Shown here: in pieces, positions 41,813 through 54,790 of the stretch | Layout of the letters: each line of letters starts with the position of its first letter | How positions within the stretch are numbered: the first letter of the stretch is position 1 | Origin: the human T2T-CHM13v2.0 reference genome, Homo sapiens | Strand: one strand, 5' to 3' | DNA length: 64,000 nt | Assembly (NCBI RefSeq): GCF_009914755.1 | Contig: NC_060936.1 | The notes under the pieces: generated by a model | Databases searched by the model: none | What the model saw: only the letters and a program-made list of their open reading frames with translations | What the model was told of the DNA's origin: nothing | Made by a program: the position numbers and the translations under genes

Positions 41813-42250
41813 ATGGGTTAGGCCATTCTTGCATACCTAAGGTTGTGTAAATTATAAAGAAAAGAGGCATTTACCCATACCTGAGGCTGGGTAAATTATA
41901 AAGAAAAGAGGCTTAATTGGCTCACGGTTCTGCAGACTGGGCAAGCATGGTGCTGGCCTCTGCTCAGCTTCTGGGGAGGCCTCCAGGAGTTTTTACTCAT
42001 GGCAGAAGGGAAGCAGGAGCAGGTGTGTCACATGGCGAGAAAGGGAGCAAAGTGAACACCGGGAGGGTGCCACACACTCGTAAACAACCAGATTTGGGGA
42101 GAACAAACTTACTAATATGAGAACAGCACCAAGCCATTCATGAGAAACCTGTCCCCCATGATCTCATCACCTCTAATCAGGCCTACCTCCAACATTGGGG
42201 ATGACAATTCAACATGAGATTTAGAGGGGTAAGATATCCAAACTTTATCA
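41813..42250. mobile_element. MST (MaLR) solo LTR
   Basis: ttaggccattcttgca...ataaagaaaagagg...ggctcacggttctgcag...caattcaacatgagattt...atccaaactttatca. Confidence 0.9.
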
Positions 42251-43146
42251 AGGACCGTAATGGAAATAGACTTGTACTCATACAGCTTACATTTTATCCT
42301 AGTAGACATGCCTTTGATTGCATAGCTTGAAAGGTTGAAATGAACTAAATTGAGGGTTGTTTATATTAAATAAAGCTATTTTCCCCCAATTTTAGCTAAA
42401 CCTCTTTTTATGTAAAGAAAAAGGATTTTTTTTTTCCAGTAAGATTTACCAGTCAAAGCAGGAAATCATTTTGTTACAATTGTCTTACAAAGCAGCCCTG
42501 TGCAAGGCTGTTGCTAATGTTAAGACTTTTCTTGGGGGTCTCCGATAGCTGATTCTCTCTCGAGAAGTCTTCCTATTCTTGGATGTAGAGTGTTGCTAAA
42601 AAGAATTAGTTCCATTTTCTCCAGAGTGCTCTAAGTTATAGCTATTTATCTTTTAAGGAAGCTCCTAAGTATCCACAGGTGTTCAGCCCCCTAAAATTTC
42701 AATTTATCTTCAGCACAGCCAGCTTTTCAGTGTTTACTATAAGGCTTTAACCACATGGTAATTCCTCCCTTAAAGAAGTCTGCTGTATATAATGTTAAGG
42801 CAGGGTTGTCAGGGCTGTTATGCTGTGTCCCAAGCCAAATACATTTCTCAACATTCCAAGGTTATGCGAATACACAGAAATAATTATTTTCAGATGTTGA
42901 CATTGCACTTAGTGATTTAGTAATATGAGAAAATATGGTTCAAAAGTTATTCATCTAAAAAGCAATGCAAAATATAGTAGAGACAAATATGGTATGCATT
43001 CAGGCACATACTGTGAAGTAGAAATGTTGGAGTGATTTAGCTTTCTGTCATAACATCTTTATCACACAGGATATGGACTTGCTATGATGTGAGTTAGCAT
43101 GTTTCCTCTGACACAACTAGAGTCCAGAGATGTGCCTTGCTTCTAG

Positions 43147-43546
<400 letters not shown>

Positions 43547-45499
43547 AATATGTTCCATTCTTAAGTCAGTTTTGAATGTTAAAAAATGAAATCTTTACAG
43601 TTTCAAAATATAATTTTTCTGTAATGATCCAGAAAATAACAATAGGACTTTTAAAAAGGGCTTTTCTTAGCTTTGCAAGAAAAGAGATAAGAGCAGAAAG
43701 GTTCACTTTTTGAAGAGAACAAGACTCACTCAGTTGGAAAGTTACTCTAAATTTACTTTTTCCTAACATTGATTTATGACATTCAATATGAATTTTGTCT
43801 GTTTATATCCACATATCATGTAGTCAACATAGAAAAGGGAAAAACCTGAATGAAGTTTTATTATACTCATTGATTCTTTATATGCATGAAAGGGGAAATT
43901 ATCATTATTTCTTAATAGTCTTTAAATTTCTACGGTAGCATTTGAGGAAAATGAAATGAACTCCATTTGATATATGACCTATTGCACTTAAAAATATTCA
44001 GATCACTGGTTATTGCTGACTGCTTATAAGGCAAAATATTTTGATTTTACTGTATTGTTCATGCTGCGAGCAAAATGGGTGTCTGCTAAGTTTTTATTTT
44101 AAAATGCATATTTCTGTCTTTACCTTGTAGCCTTGCAATGCATAATTCAAAATGTTTGCAAAGTACAAGTTTATTATATTGTTTGTCTGCTTCTTATTAT
44201 AACTTTAAAAAGAAAATGGGACACCCTCCTCTCACCCCACCCTAGAGACAGATTTTCCATGACAGAATAGTTTTAAACATCAGGATATTGCATAAGTCAG
44301 TCTGGAAAAAATAGGAACAGACAGCTAGCACTATCTAGTAGAGCTTTGCTTTTGTGACAACATTTTTTGATTAAATAACTCTACATAAATGATAATTTCC
44401 CTACATAGTTTGATACCAATATCTAAGTTGATATCAACTTTCAAAATCCATAATTGTTTCTGTGTACATTCTTTCTGATTGTTTTTATTTGGGTACTGTA
44501 TAAAAAATGATGAGAATTTAAAAGTCATTGTATGATATAAATCCAAAGAAATCTAATTAAGCTCTGAGTCTAATGAGTGTGAGAGAAACCTGTTCAAGGG
44601 ATGTTTCAAAGAGTTAACATTGTGGTGGGGTATGAAAAAGTGATGGTGTGTAGGATATTGCCTTGCTCCAGGTTTTACAAGGAATAGTTAGGATTTAATT
44701 TTTGGCCCCCAAAAGACTTAAATTTTAACGTAATTATAAGGAAAAAGAAATTGGTGGCATGGCTGTGTGATCCTATGGGTTGCTTGGGACTGAGTATAGT
44801 GAAAAGTTTGTGAAGTAGACGTTAATATTCAAAGCCCATTTCAGAAAAGTTGAAATCAGAGCAGTAAGCAAAATTATTCTCCAAGTCCCTTTTAATTTTA
44901 TTTGCTCACTTAAGCCAAAAGAACTGGGATAGGCTGTATCTTTTTCACGTTACAATGATCAAACTACAGGGGCCAAGTGCAATTCTATTCATATTTCTTT
45001 TCAAGGGCAAATCTATTTCTCAATAAGTCACATCACTTACATAACACTTCTTGAGTACTTGTTTACTACAGCCTGGACAAAGGGTATCAAGGAACAGTAG
45101 GTTTACTTGGTGGTGGAGTCTGAGGAAAAATAAAACTATTTGTTAACAGCCAGTTGTTTACAAGGATCCTTATCTAGTTTGTGAAATCTTTATCCCTGTG
45201 GGATGAAGAGTGTGATCTAACTCATTGTGGAAGCTTAGCTTTCTTCCCTTTCTGCTCCTGGAGCTAGAGGTTTTCCATCAGAGATGGATATATTCTTTTG
45301 GGATTCCTTATCAATATGCCATGCCATTTTAGAATGACTTCACCTATCTCACCTTTGATTATTTATGAGTAAAAGGAGGGAGAAAACTACCCGTTTTGTG
45401 AAATTGTTTCTGACACATGAATAAAACATTATGTATCATACTAATAAATTATAATGAAATTGTATGCCAGGATTGGATCTAATTCCTTGAATTATTCAA

Positions 45500-46500
45500 C
45501 AGTGAAGCTCAGTAAGTTCAAGGCACTACCACAAAGTACTGTTGGGAGTATAATGGATACATAAGAAGTAATACTGGTTAAAGGAAAATAGAACATAATT
45601 GAGAAAAATAAATTCTGCAAATATATAATTAAGTACCATGAAGCAATTAGAAACTGTGTTATAGTCCAGACTTGAAAGAGATTATTTCCTGAGGCAAAGG
45701 GAGCATTCATGGAGTAGAGTAGTCATTGAGTAGGATCCTTCATGGAGCAGATAGTCATTGAGTGGGTTCTGAAGGGTGAGTGGAATTTGAACAGGGAGAG
45801 ACCTGAGAAAGACGTAGTCGAAGGCAACATCATTAGTAGCAGAAGAGTGAAAAAAATATGGTATTGAAGAAGAATAGTGCAATTATGTAATGGGTCATAA
45901 AATGCATTAGATTGACAAGTTAATTCTCACTAAGAGCCAGGTACTTTGCTAAAATAAGCATTTTACATAAATTATTTAGCCCTCACAGTAAACCTAAGAA
46001 GTAGAAATGTATGGATAAAGAATTTAGGACATGATACAACTAATATGTGGCAGCAGATGAACTTGAAACCAGGGACTGGGGTCTTGACCACTAATCTCTG
46101 TTCCCTGATGTTGGTATTTGGTACTACAGGGAAGGATGGATATTTCATTCTGTAAGCTGTGGTCACTCACAGGATGTTTTTGAGCAGAGTGAGCAATGTG
46201 TTCCTCCCAATTACTCTGTCTCATCTCACCCATCCCTCTCTTCAACCCTGCCTTTAAACTACCGAGATAAACCATTTGGAATTACAGATCTGATCATATA
46301 GTGCATGTGCTTATGATCCTCCGGGGCCCACAGCATGCATTTCTTGTTTCTTCCCATGGTGTACAAGGCCTTGCCAATCTCTATAGCTTCATTTGTAACT
46401 ACTTTCCTTTCTCTGAAATCTCCTTGCTGTATTCTTCTGCTTTTCCTTAGGTTAGTGCCTCCTCCTGGATGACCCTTTTGCATTTCTGGATCCATCTATT
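45500..46500. mobile_element. L2 and MIR fragments
   Basis: ttcatggagcagatagtcattgagtgggttctgaagg (L2); acttgaaaccaggg (MIR); cctcctcctggatgacccttt (L2). Confidence 0.5.
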
Positions 46501-46719
46501 CTGCTCTGCTTTTCTCATTTCTTGTGAAATATTGAACTGCTTATTAACCTTCTTCTTCATAAAAATTTGAAAATCTGTTTCCAGATTTGTAGTTCTACAC
46601 CAAAATGGAATTCAGTCATTGACACTACCTATTCCATATTAAAATGGCTTTTAAAATTATGTAATGTATTTTTTACCCCAAATTTCCAGTGTGCGACCCA
46701 TATTCATGACCTGTTTTGT

Positions 46720-47078
46720 CTATTAGTTAGGATAGGCTAAGCTATCTTGCAGTAACAACAACCACAAATATTGTAATGGCTTACAACAAAAAAGATTTCC
46801 CTCATGTTTGTGTAGATTGAAGGGAAGACTGCTTATCATAGTTACCTCTGAAGGAAGCTCCACTTGACATGTTCTTTCACAATCACATAGGAGAGGGAGA
46901 GCACATGGTAGTCACACGCTGGTTCTCAGCACTTCTGGCTGGTAGTGATGCATACCACTTGTTCATGCATTTCACTGACCTCGCATGGCCTCACCAAATG
47001 TCAAGGAGACAGGGAAGCACCATCCTACCACGTGGCTGAAAGTGGGAGACGCACGGAAATACTTAGTTCACACCACTG
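46720..47078. mobile_element. MLT1 (old MaLR) LTR
   Basis: ttagttaggataggctaagctatcttgcagtaacaacaacc...tggcttacaacaa is a typical MLT1J/K-type terminus. Confidence 0.75.
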
Positions 47079-50000
47079 CAATGGGTTAAAGATCTGAAAT
47101 TGTAAGACAATTCTTTTGAAATTTATGTTCACTAGTAGTTTGTAATAGTGTCGAGTCAAATGTAGCAGTTTGGAAGTGAAAACTAAAACAATCCTAAAGA
47201 GGTGAGATTGTATCTTTTAAAATCATTATCTCAGTTGAAAACTGAATATTGAAGCATATGCTTAAACTTAACACAATAAATGTAAGCATTTCATGGCCAT
47301 GGCACAAAAATGTGTTAAAACTATATCGTTCATCCACTGACAGTGTTGAAGAACAAAGCAGTGTCACAGAAAATAGGTTGCATTATTCTTAGAAATATAT
47401 CATGCTTTGAGGGATCCTTTTTTTTAATGGAGGTCATGATCATCTTTCATAAATAATTTATCAGTTAATGGTAGTGAACAGAGTTTGAATGAGTCAAAAT
47501 TCTACAATGAAATGCTCCTGTATAGGTGTAAGTATATAAATGTTATATAAATATACATATACAAATGTAAATATATAAATGTATATATTTAATGTGTATT
47601 TGCCCCTAGTTTAATTTGTCAGCAGTAACTGCTGGTTTTTATTTCTTTTTGCAAGAAATTATATAGAAATTGATTTGAGGGAGATTTAAAATAAATGTTT
47701 AGTGAGAGGAAATCTTACTCTGTCCTATCTATGGATATTGATAAACTGTACCACTGTATTCCTAACTCCTAACTTGGATATAGGAGCTTGACTATCTGCA
47801 TAGATACGTAAGGGGACATGGCTGACAGGAGGAATTACAAATGTACTTATTTAACAATTAATGCTGACATAAGCTATTTGGGTAATACCTCATTTTTTTT
47901 TAGAATGAATGATGACTGTCAGTGTGACTGAGGATACAGACATGAAATTAGGAAATCGAAAATAAATATCTGTTTCCTTCAAAAAATTTGACTAGTCATT
48001 TTTTTGACTAGCTTTTTAAAAATTGCATAAGACTAACTCTTTTCGTTTGCTGTGTGTACATTAAATATGTCTGTATAGGTCCCTTTGCTTTCTTTTGCCC
48101 CACAGTAATTATGTTGAAAATTATAAACAGAGGCATTAGCATAAATTAAGGATTAAGTATGGAAATCATAAAAAACCCTACTTCCATGAAAATGAAATTT
48201 CTTTTTGAAAAGAGAAATAGGTATTATTCTACTTATTTTCGTTTAGCAAATTTTCTTATGGAACATCATTACTCTGCCTCTCAGAAGATTTGCCAAAGTG
48301 TTTAAAACTCCCTCTGAATGTTTGTACTTCAATAACCTATTGAAAGCACAACTGATTTTGTTTGTGCTAGGTTTATCTCCATTTAAAGGCAGACTCCTTC
48401 GGTGAGCTCCCCTGTGGCAATATGAGAGAAGGAAAAGAAGGAGGGAGGACCTTGCAGGACTGGTTTATATAGCAGGAAGTTAAGAGACAAGAGAGCTCTA
48501 CAATTATTGAGCACAGGAAAATTGATTTCCTATTCATAGTAGTGTGGCACATGTAGAGGAGTCTTTAAAGATGATACAGCATGCCATTCCTTTCCCCTCC
48601 GTTGAGTAATCAACCAGCCAATATTTATCAAGTACCTGTTAGTTTCACTTACAGAGTACCTGTAGCTGAGTTTTCTTTTCTTTTCTGCTTTCTTTATCCC
48701 TGCTCTCTAGCTCCTGACCTGTCCATCACGAATATCAGTTTTCCATGTGCCTTAGACCTGTCTTCCATCTAATAAGACTTCACACTGCTCACTTTTCCTT
48801 TCTGACACTGAATACACATAATCAACAGAGAGCAATGTCTCTTAAACCCATAAACCCATTCAAAAACCAAAACCAAACCAAATAAAATGAATTGGTTGTA
48901 TTAATTTGTATCATCCATTTACATTTTGAGAAGCATAGTCAATCAGATAAACTTACTGTTTTAATTCTAAATTCACTGACTTTCTGTCAGTCTCTATGTT
49001 CCCTATATGTAGCAGCTGGGTTAAGAATATAATTGTCTTGACAACAAATTATTGACATTTACGAGCTCAAAAGTTACCTCAGAAGCTTTTGAAATTAAAG
49101 AAATAAAAGTGTTAATTCTCTCTGATCTGAACAAGCCAGGACTCAGTGTCAGCCCTTTATAGGTCAGGCTGTGGAAGGAATGCATAGGATGAAATACCAG
49201 TGCATGCCTGGTGCACTAAAACTAAATGGGATTTCAGCAGATGAAGGGAAAGGGTGAGGAATCAAGCCTTAAATTGTCTGCCTCAGGCATGGTAAGAAGA
49301 CTTGGACAGTAACAGAAACAGGAAGTGTTTGCTGTGAAGCTTGAGTATATTCAAAGTAAATCAGTTTGTGTTCCATTAAGGAATCCTGGCTCTAGGTTGG
49401 AGCCTACGCGGGATCAGTAAATTTTGCACTAGGAAATACCTAATGTCAAGCCTTAGAAAACACCTCATACTGTGGCCAGCTGTCATCAAATCCATTGCCA
49501 CTGCTAGTAAAATAACTCCAAAGCAAGTGAAACTGGCAGTAATTGCACAAGTAAACGGGTTGCAAAAGAGCAAAATGGGTACGTTTCAGAACATCATTTC
49601 TGTTAGGCTCCATGTTATACTGCTTACAGTAGAAACAAATGGAAGTCGAGAGGTGAAGCCTGGCATTAAGTTTACTAGTGATCCAGGAATAACTGTTAGC
49701 AGCTGGGCCTGGGTGCTTTTTCCCTGCTTTGTCCTGGAAAGATTTCACATCTTAAGGGAAATGAACTACACACCTTGAGAAAATTTTTTTTTCTATCATA
49801 TTGTATAAATCTGTGTAAATCTCATTTTCCCCCTTTTTGGAGTTAAGTAGCATAATTAACTGTAAGGCTTTTCCAAATACTTTCTTAACCCTGAAAAACT
49901 TTCCCTCGGGACTTACAGTATAGCCAAATGGATATCGATTATTGCTAAATGTAAATACATATGCACATATGAGGTGAAGCTGTATTAAAATATGGGTGGC

Positions 50001-51049
50001 AGTGTCTTTAACTCAGATTTGGGATGCTTTATACAGTCATGGGAAATATCAGGGGATCAACTTGAAATTCTTTAAAAGTTAACAAAATTTTGGAACGATC
50101 AAGGAACATGGGAATATGGCCTCACCTTTTCTTTCTCACTGATGACATAAATGCCGCCCTCACTGTGTTGTTTATTGTTTCTTCCAGATAATCTTTGCAT
50201 ACTCAGTACTTGGAATATAGAGCCATTGCCCTGTACTCATTTTTTCCTTCCTGGAGGTATAAATAGACTGATGACGCCCTATGCTCTCTGCAGTCTGTGC
50301 ATCATTCATACCGTACATCTCCTTTCTAGGTCACAAAGCTTTTAAAAAAAATCAGCAGTGGTAGCAGCATGTGAGAAGATGAGCATATGACTGACTCCTT
50401 CCTTTCACCTCAGAGCCGTGCCTTTGATAGCATCCAGACAGCAGTGCATGGAAACATGACATTTGGGTGGTTCAAGAATATCAGAGGGAAAAATAGCCAT
50501 TCTTACCAAATAACTTAAAAATAGCATAGTCTGAGCATTTTTCCCTTCGCCCTTTCTCCCCCAACGTGCCTGAAATGAAGCCCTTCCCATCCAAAGCAAA
50601 ACTAGGAATTTGTGTTTTGTGAGAATTTGAAGAGCCTGCCTCTCTTACTACAACTGCTTTCTTCCTTCCAAATGTATAAGCTTAAGTCGTGAGAAAATGT
50701 CATCTGTCTCATTCTGCTTCCCTCTCTAGTAAAATAAAAATGGTCATGCTTTCAGACGGTCATGTATTATTGAGTGCCTACTGAGTGAGGAACCATGTGT
50801 TGAGTGTTTTGAGATGGGGTGAGGGAAAACATTATTTTTCTGCTTTCCTCGAGCTTCATTATGTGTTATATTTCATGGTATCTAAGCCAACAGTTGGCGA
50901 GAAGGCTGATCCTTAGAGGTAATCTCACGTTCAAGGAAGGTCGGGAACAAGGTTGGTGAGTAGTGGGGACAGCGTTCTTGTTACCACTGGAGTTTGTGTC
51001 CTGGATGCCAGGTATACATCATCTTATTCTCTTCTTGATTTGTCAGTAC

Positions 51050-52560
51050 TTTTTAGGGACCATTAGTTCTCTGCCTACTATGTGCCAGACTCTACCCTAA
51101 GCATTTAGAATTCCAGTTAACAATAGGTAAATCTTCTATTCATTTAAAATTTCATTCTAACAGCTAGTAATGTATTTGGAGGAATAAATGCCGTGAAGAA
51201 AAGCAGACCGAGTGTTATCTATAGGTAGTTATGGGAGATGTATGTTATCTTATATTGGTTGATCAGGAAGACACAAACTGATAAAGGGGCGATTGCTTAT
51301 TTCTCTGAAAGAAGCAAGGAAATGAGAACCACCTGGATGGCTGAGGGAACTGCAGTCCAAGGAGAAAAAACAGCAAGCGTAAATCTCACAGGTGAGGGTG
51401 CATCAGTGGAGCAAGGGCAAGAGTGTTATGATAAGAGGTCCTGAAGGCAGCAGTGAGAAATGCCCTGGAAGCCTGTGCCAGACATATTGAGGAGTGTGGA
51501 TTTTATTCTGATAAAGACATTGCAGAGGAGTGGCATCATTTCACTTGCTCTTCAGAAGAGAAACTGGAACACAGATGGGCAAAGGAGGCAGCATGAGACA
51601 AGCCTCTCTCTTGCAAGCCATCCGGATGAGAGATAACAGTGGCTTGGAGGTGACAGTGAAGGTGGTAGGAGGATATTCTTAAAGTAGAGCCAGTTGAATT
51701 TGCTAATTGTGATATTGTAAAATATGTATTTGGTCTTCATCCCTGTTTTCTGTCATACAGCTCCTAAAACCCTTGATAAGAATATCCTTTGTGTGCTAAT
51801 AAGACGACTAGTGGCTGGAGGCCCCTTTGTGACTTCTGGATGGGGGCTGGTCACCAGAATGGTCAGGGGATTGGGACTTTCAGCCCCATCTCTCAACCTC
51901 TGCAGGGCTGAAGGTTGTGTTGATTACTAATGGCCAGTGATACAGTCAGTCATACCTGTAGAATTGAAGCCTCTATGTAAAACCTAAAGGACAGGGTTCA
52001 GAGGACTTCTGGATAGCTGAACATGTGGAGGTTCCTAGAAGGTGGTACAACCACCTAGGGAGGACATGGGAGCTCTGCACCCCTTCTCCTATACTTCACC
52101 CTATGCAGCTCTCCAACTGGCTGTTCATTCATATGCTTTGTAATTTTTTTATAATAAATGGGTAAATAAATATGAAATGTTTCTCTGAATTCTGTGAGCT
52201 GCTCTAGAAAATTAATCAAACACAAAGAGGTGGGTTATAGGATCTCTGATTTATAACTGGTTGGTCGAAATACAGGTCACAACCTGGGATTTGGAATTGG
52301 CATCTGAAGAGGGGGGCAGTCTTGAGGGACTGAGGGGTGATGCTATGTCCAGGTGGATAGTGTTAGGATTGAATTGAATTAGACGATGCTCAGCTGGTGT
52401 CTGTTGAAGAATCTGGTGTCAGAAGTGTTGAGTGATGTGTGAGAGTAGGAGAAACAATGGTTTTTCCTACATTCTCTTACACTAATGGATTTGTATTCGG
52501 AGAGATTGGAAAGATGGATCTGTCATTTACTGAGATGGGAAGTCACAGCGAGGAGCCCAT
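51050..52560. mobile_element. L2 fragment split by a MER21-type LTR
   Basis: cctactatgtgccagactct; gagccagttgaatttgctaat|ggatttg rejoins across the LTR; catttactgagatggg. Confidence 0.7.
51708..52481. mobile_element. MER21-type (ERVL) solo LTR
   Basis: TG...CA termini, 5-bp TSD ctaat (51703-51707, 52482-52486), characteristic start tgtgatattgtaaaatatgtatttggtcttc. Confidence 0.85.
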
Positions 52561-52613
52561 TAACCATATATTAAAACTCCATTAGTAATATTAAGACTGT
52601 CCATTCTAGAAGA

Positions 52614-52894
52614 GGTGGTGGCTCACGCCCGTAATCCTAGCTAGCACTTTGGGAGGCCGAGGCGGGTGGATCACCTGAGGTCAGGATTTCGAGACCAGCC
52701 TGGCCAACTTGGTGAAACCCCGTCTCTACTAAAACTACCAAAAATTAGCCGGGCGTAGTGCTGGGCACCTGTAATTCCAGCTACTCAGGAGGCTGAGACA
52801 GGAGAATCGATTGAACCCGGGAGGCGGCGGTTGCTGTGAGCCGAGGTCGCGTCAATGCACAACAGCCTGGGCAACAAGAGCGAAACTCTGTCTC
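52614..52894 (+). mobile_element. AluSp/Sq-like element lacking the first ~10 bp and the poly(A) tail
   Basis: ggtggctcacgcc...gggcaacaagagcgaaactctgtctc followed by cagggggaaa. Confidence 0.9.
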
Positions 52895-53205
52895 CAGGGG
52901 GAAATATTAGTGAAGAGGACAATATTGTAACCTACAAAAATTCTGTGGTAGGTATGTTACTTTTGTTAACAGACTTTTCTGAATAAAGTACTCCAAAGTA
53001 ACTTGGAGTTAAGACATTTTAATATTATGCCTTGGTTTTCAAAACATGAATGGTTTCCTTCTCTTTTCATGAATTTGGATATGAATGCAGGCACTTACCT
53101 ACGTAATTTCTAATATTGATGATACTGGTGTTTCTTAAATTCACTAAAAAATTTTATTTGTAAAGGGTAACCTGCGTTACATTATTTAAAGTTTTTATTT
53201 TAAGG

Positions 53206-53314
53206 TTTTTTTTTTTTTTTTGAGATGGAGTCTTGCTTTATTGCCCTGGCTGGTGTCAAACTTTTGGGTTCAAGCAGTCCCCACGCCCTAGCCTCCTGAG
53301 TAGTTGGAATTACC
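53206..53314 (-). mobile_element. FLAM/Alu left-monomer fragment
   Basis: Poly-T, then gagatggagtcttgc...ggctggtgtcaaact...gcctcctgagtag. Confidence 0.8.
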
Positions 53315-53871
53315 ACATTACATTTTGAAAGAAGAGAGTTTACAAATGTCTGTTTCCATGCATTTTAAAAGAGGTCTTGTTACAAAAGATTCAGTTAATC
53401 TCTTTAAATGGAATTTATTTTGGTTTCCTACTTCCTCCATTAAAGTACATTAATCCTTCTTAACATATGTATTTATCACCTGCTGGATTGCTAAGTATGT
53501 AAAAGCTACTTTGTAAAAGCAATGCCGTAGCTAAAAAAATGTATTGCATAGCAGCCAATGTGATTTAGCCATTTCAACATTGCATTTTATTAACAGGACA
53601 CTCCAGACCTAAATGGTGAAAAGATTTCCCACTCAAATTGTCCCCTAGCAAGAGAAGATTGGAATATAGAGGAATCTCCTTTTCTCCTCGTGATTCTGCC
53701 TTTTGATGAAGTAATAATCTGTGTTATTCCAGTTCTTTTAAATGTTAATTCATTTTAACAGTTGCTTCAGAAAATAAAATTTTATGAGGCAAAATACAGC
53801 AAAATATTTCAACACCACATTTTTGTTTTTCCAACCAGAGTTTGTTTCATTTACAGACATTGTCATTTATT

Positions 53872-54589
53872 TTTTATTTTTATTCATTTTTTAGAACATC
53901 TTAAATTTTTAATCCTTTATTTACAGGTTGCCTAGACGACTTTTGATTAAGAAAACTGTAGAAAGTTGGTAACTGCCAAAGTGGTAGGCGGTGGCACGTG
54001 TCAGTTTCCACAGAGTCCTTCCATGTGGGGTATCTGAATGCACTGCACGGGGTCTCTGCTCACACTTACTGGAGCCAATTGTGGCAGATTTTAGTCTACA
54101 AGTCGCTTTTCCCCCTATTTCTCTGTAAACTTCAGCATTCTTACAGAAATATTTACAGTCCTTAGAGTATTATTCAGCTAGGTCAGCCTGAAGTGGATGC
54201 TCAGGCTGGGGGTCATTCACCAGTGCTGTGAGGGACTGGATTACTTGGTCAGTTTTGGTTGCTGGCTTCCAGTTTTCAGCACTAATTTACTGGCAGAGAG
54301 ACCTGCCCCTTTTAGTGGACATTTGGGTGACAGATCTTTAAGTGTGATCTTCGGTGGTTTGAATGGGTACTCTGCTGGAAAGTTGATTTCGATTCTGAAG
54401 GCCCCCTTATATGGAGGGTTGTCAGGAACAATAAGCCCTTGCCAAGTCAATAAATTAGCTCCATCTACCTGGAAGTTACGGAAGTTTTTCATTCCACAAT
54501 TGCATATTTCTTCAAGCTCCTTCATCAGCCTTCTGCTGGTGCCGTCTTGGATTTGATGCTGCTCCTTTCCCAGAATGCATCGCAGCCCA
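53872..54589 (-). pseudogene. UBE2L2: Processed pseudogene of UBE2L3 (UbcH7 ubiquitin-conjugating enzyme); probably UBE2L2
   Basis: ORF 54241..54525 matches UBE2L3 residues 8-69. It is intronless, with former CDS 54545-54091, both UTRs, ATTAAA, a degenerate poly(A) at ~53872-53892 and TSD acattg(t/c)catttatt (53857-53871, 54590-54604). Versus the parent as I recall it: ATG>ACG, Asp47 codon deleted, 5-bp deletion near Phe70, Glu81>TAA, Cys86>Ser and further indels/stops. The parent identity is secure; the paralog name is from memory. Confidence 0.93.
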
Positions 54590-54639
54590 ACATTGCCATT
54601 TATTATGCTTTATTTTGTTGAGCTTGATGCTTTGCATTA

Positions 54640-54790
54640 GTTTGTTTACTTATTCAATAATTATATATTGAGTGCTTACTAGAGTTGTCTAGTTTCTCAA
54701 AATTGTGAGGTTTATGCTAAACACTGGGGACACAGCAGTGAATGAGACCTAGTCCCTGTCATCCAGGGGCCAATAGGTCACAGATGTGAA
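54640..54790. mobile_element. L2 3' fragment
   Basis: tattgagtgcttact...cactggggacacagcagtgaatgagacctagtccctg. Confidence 0.7.

Noticed and set aside
49376-49778. Overlapping 111-aa (+) and 100-aa (-) ORFs
   Set aside because: No recognisable homology or exon boundaries; length is within chance expectation for 64 kb.
54197-54556. 119-aa + strand ORF
   Set aside because: Antisense shadow of the UBE2L3 pseudogene.
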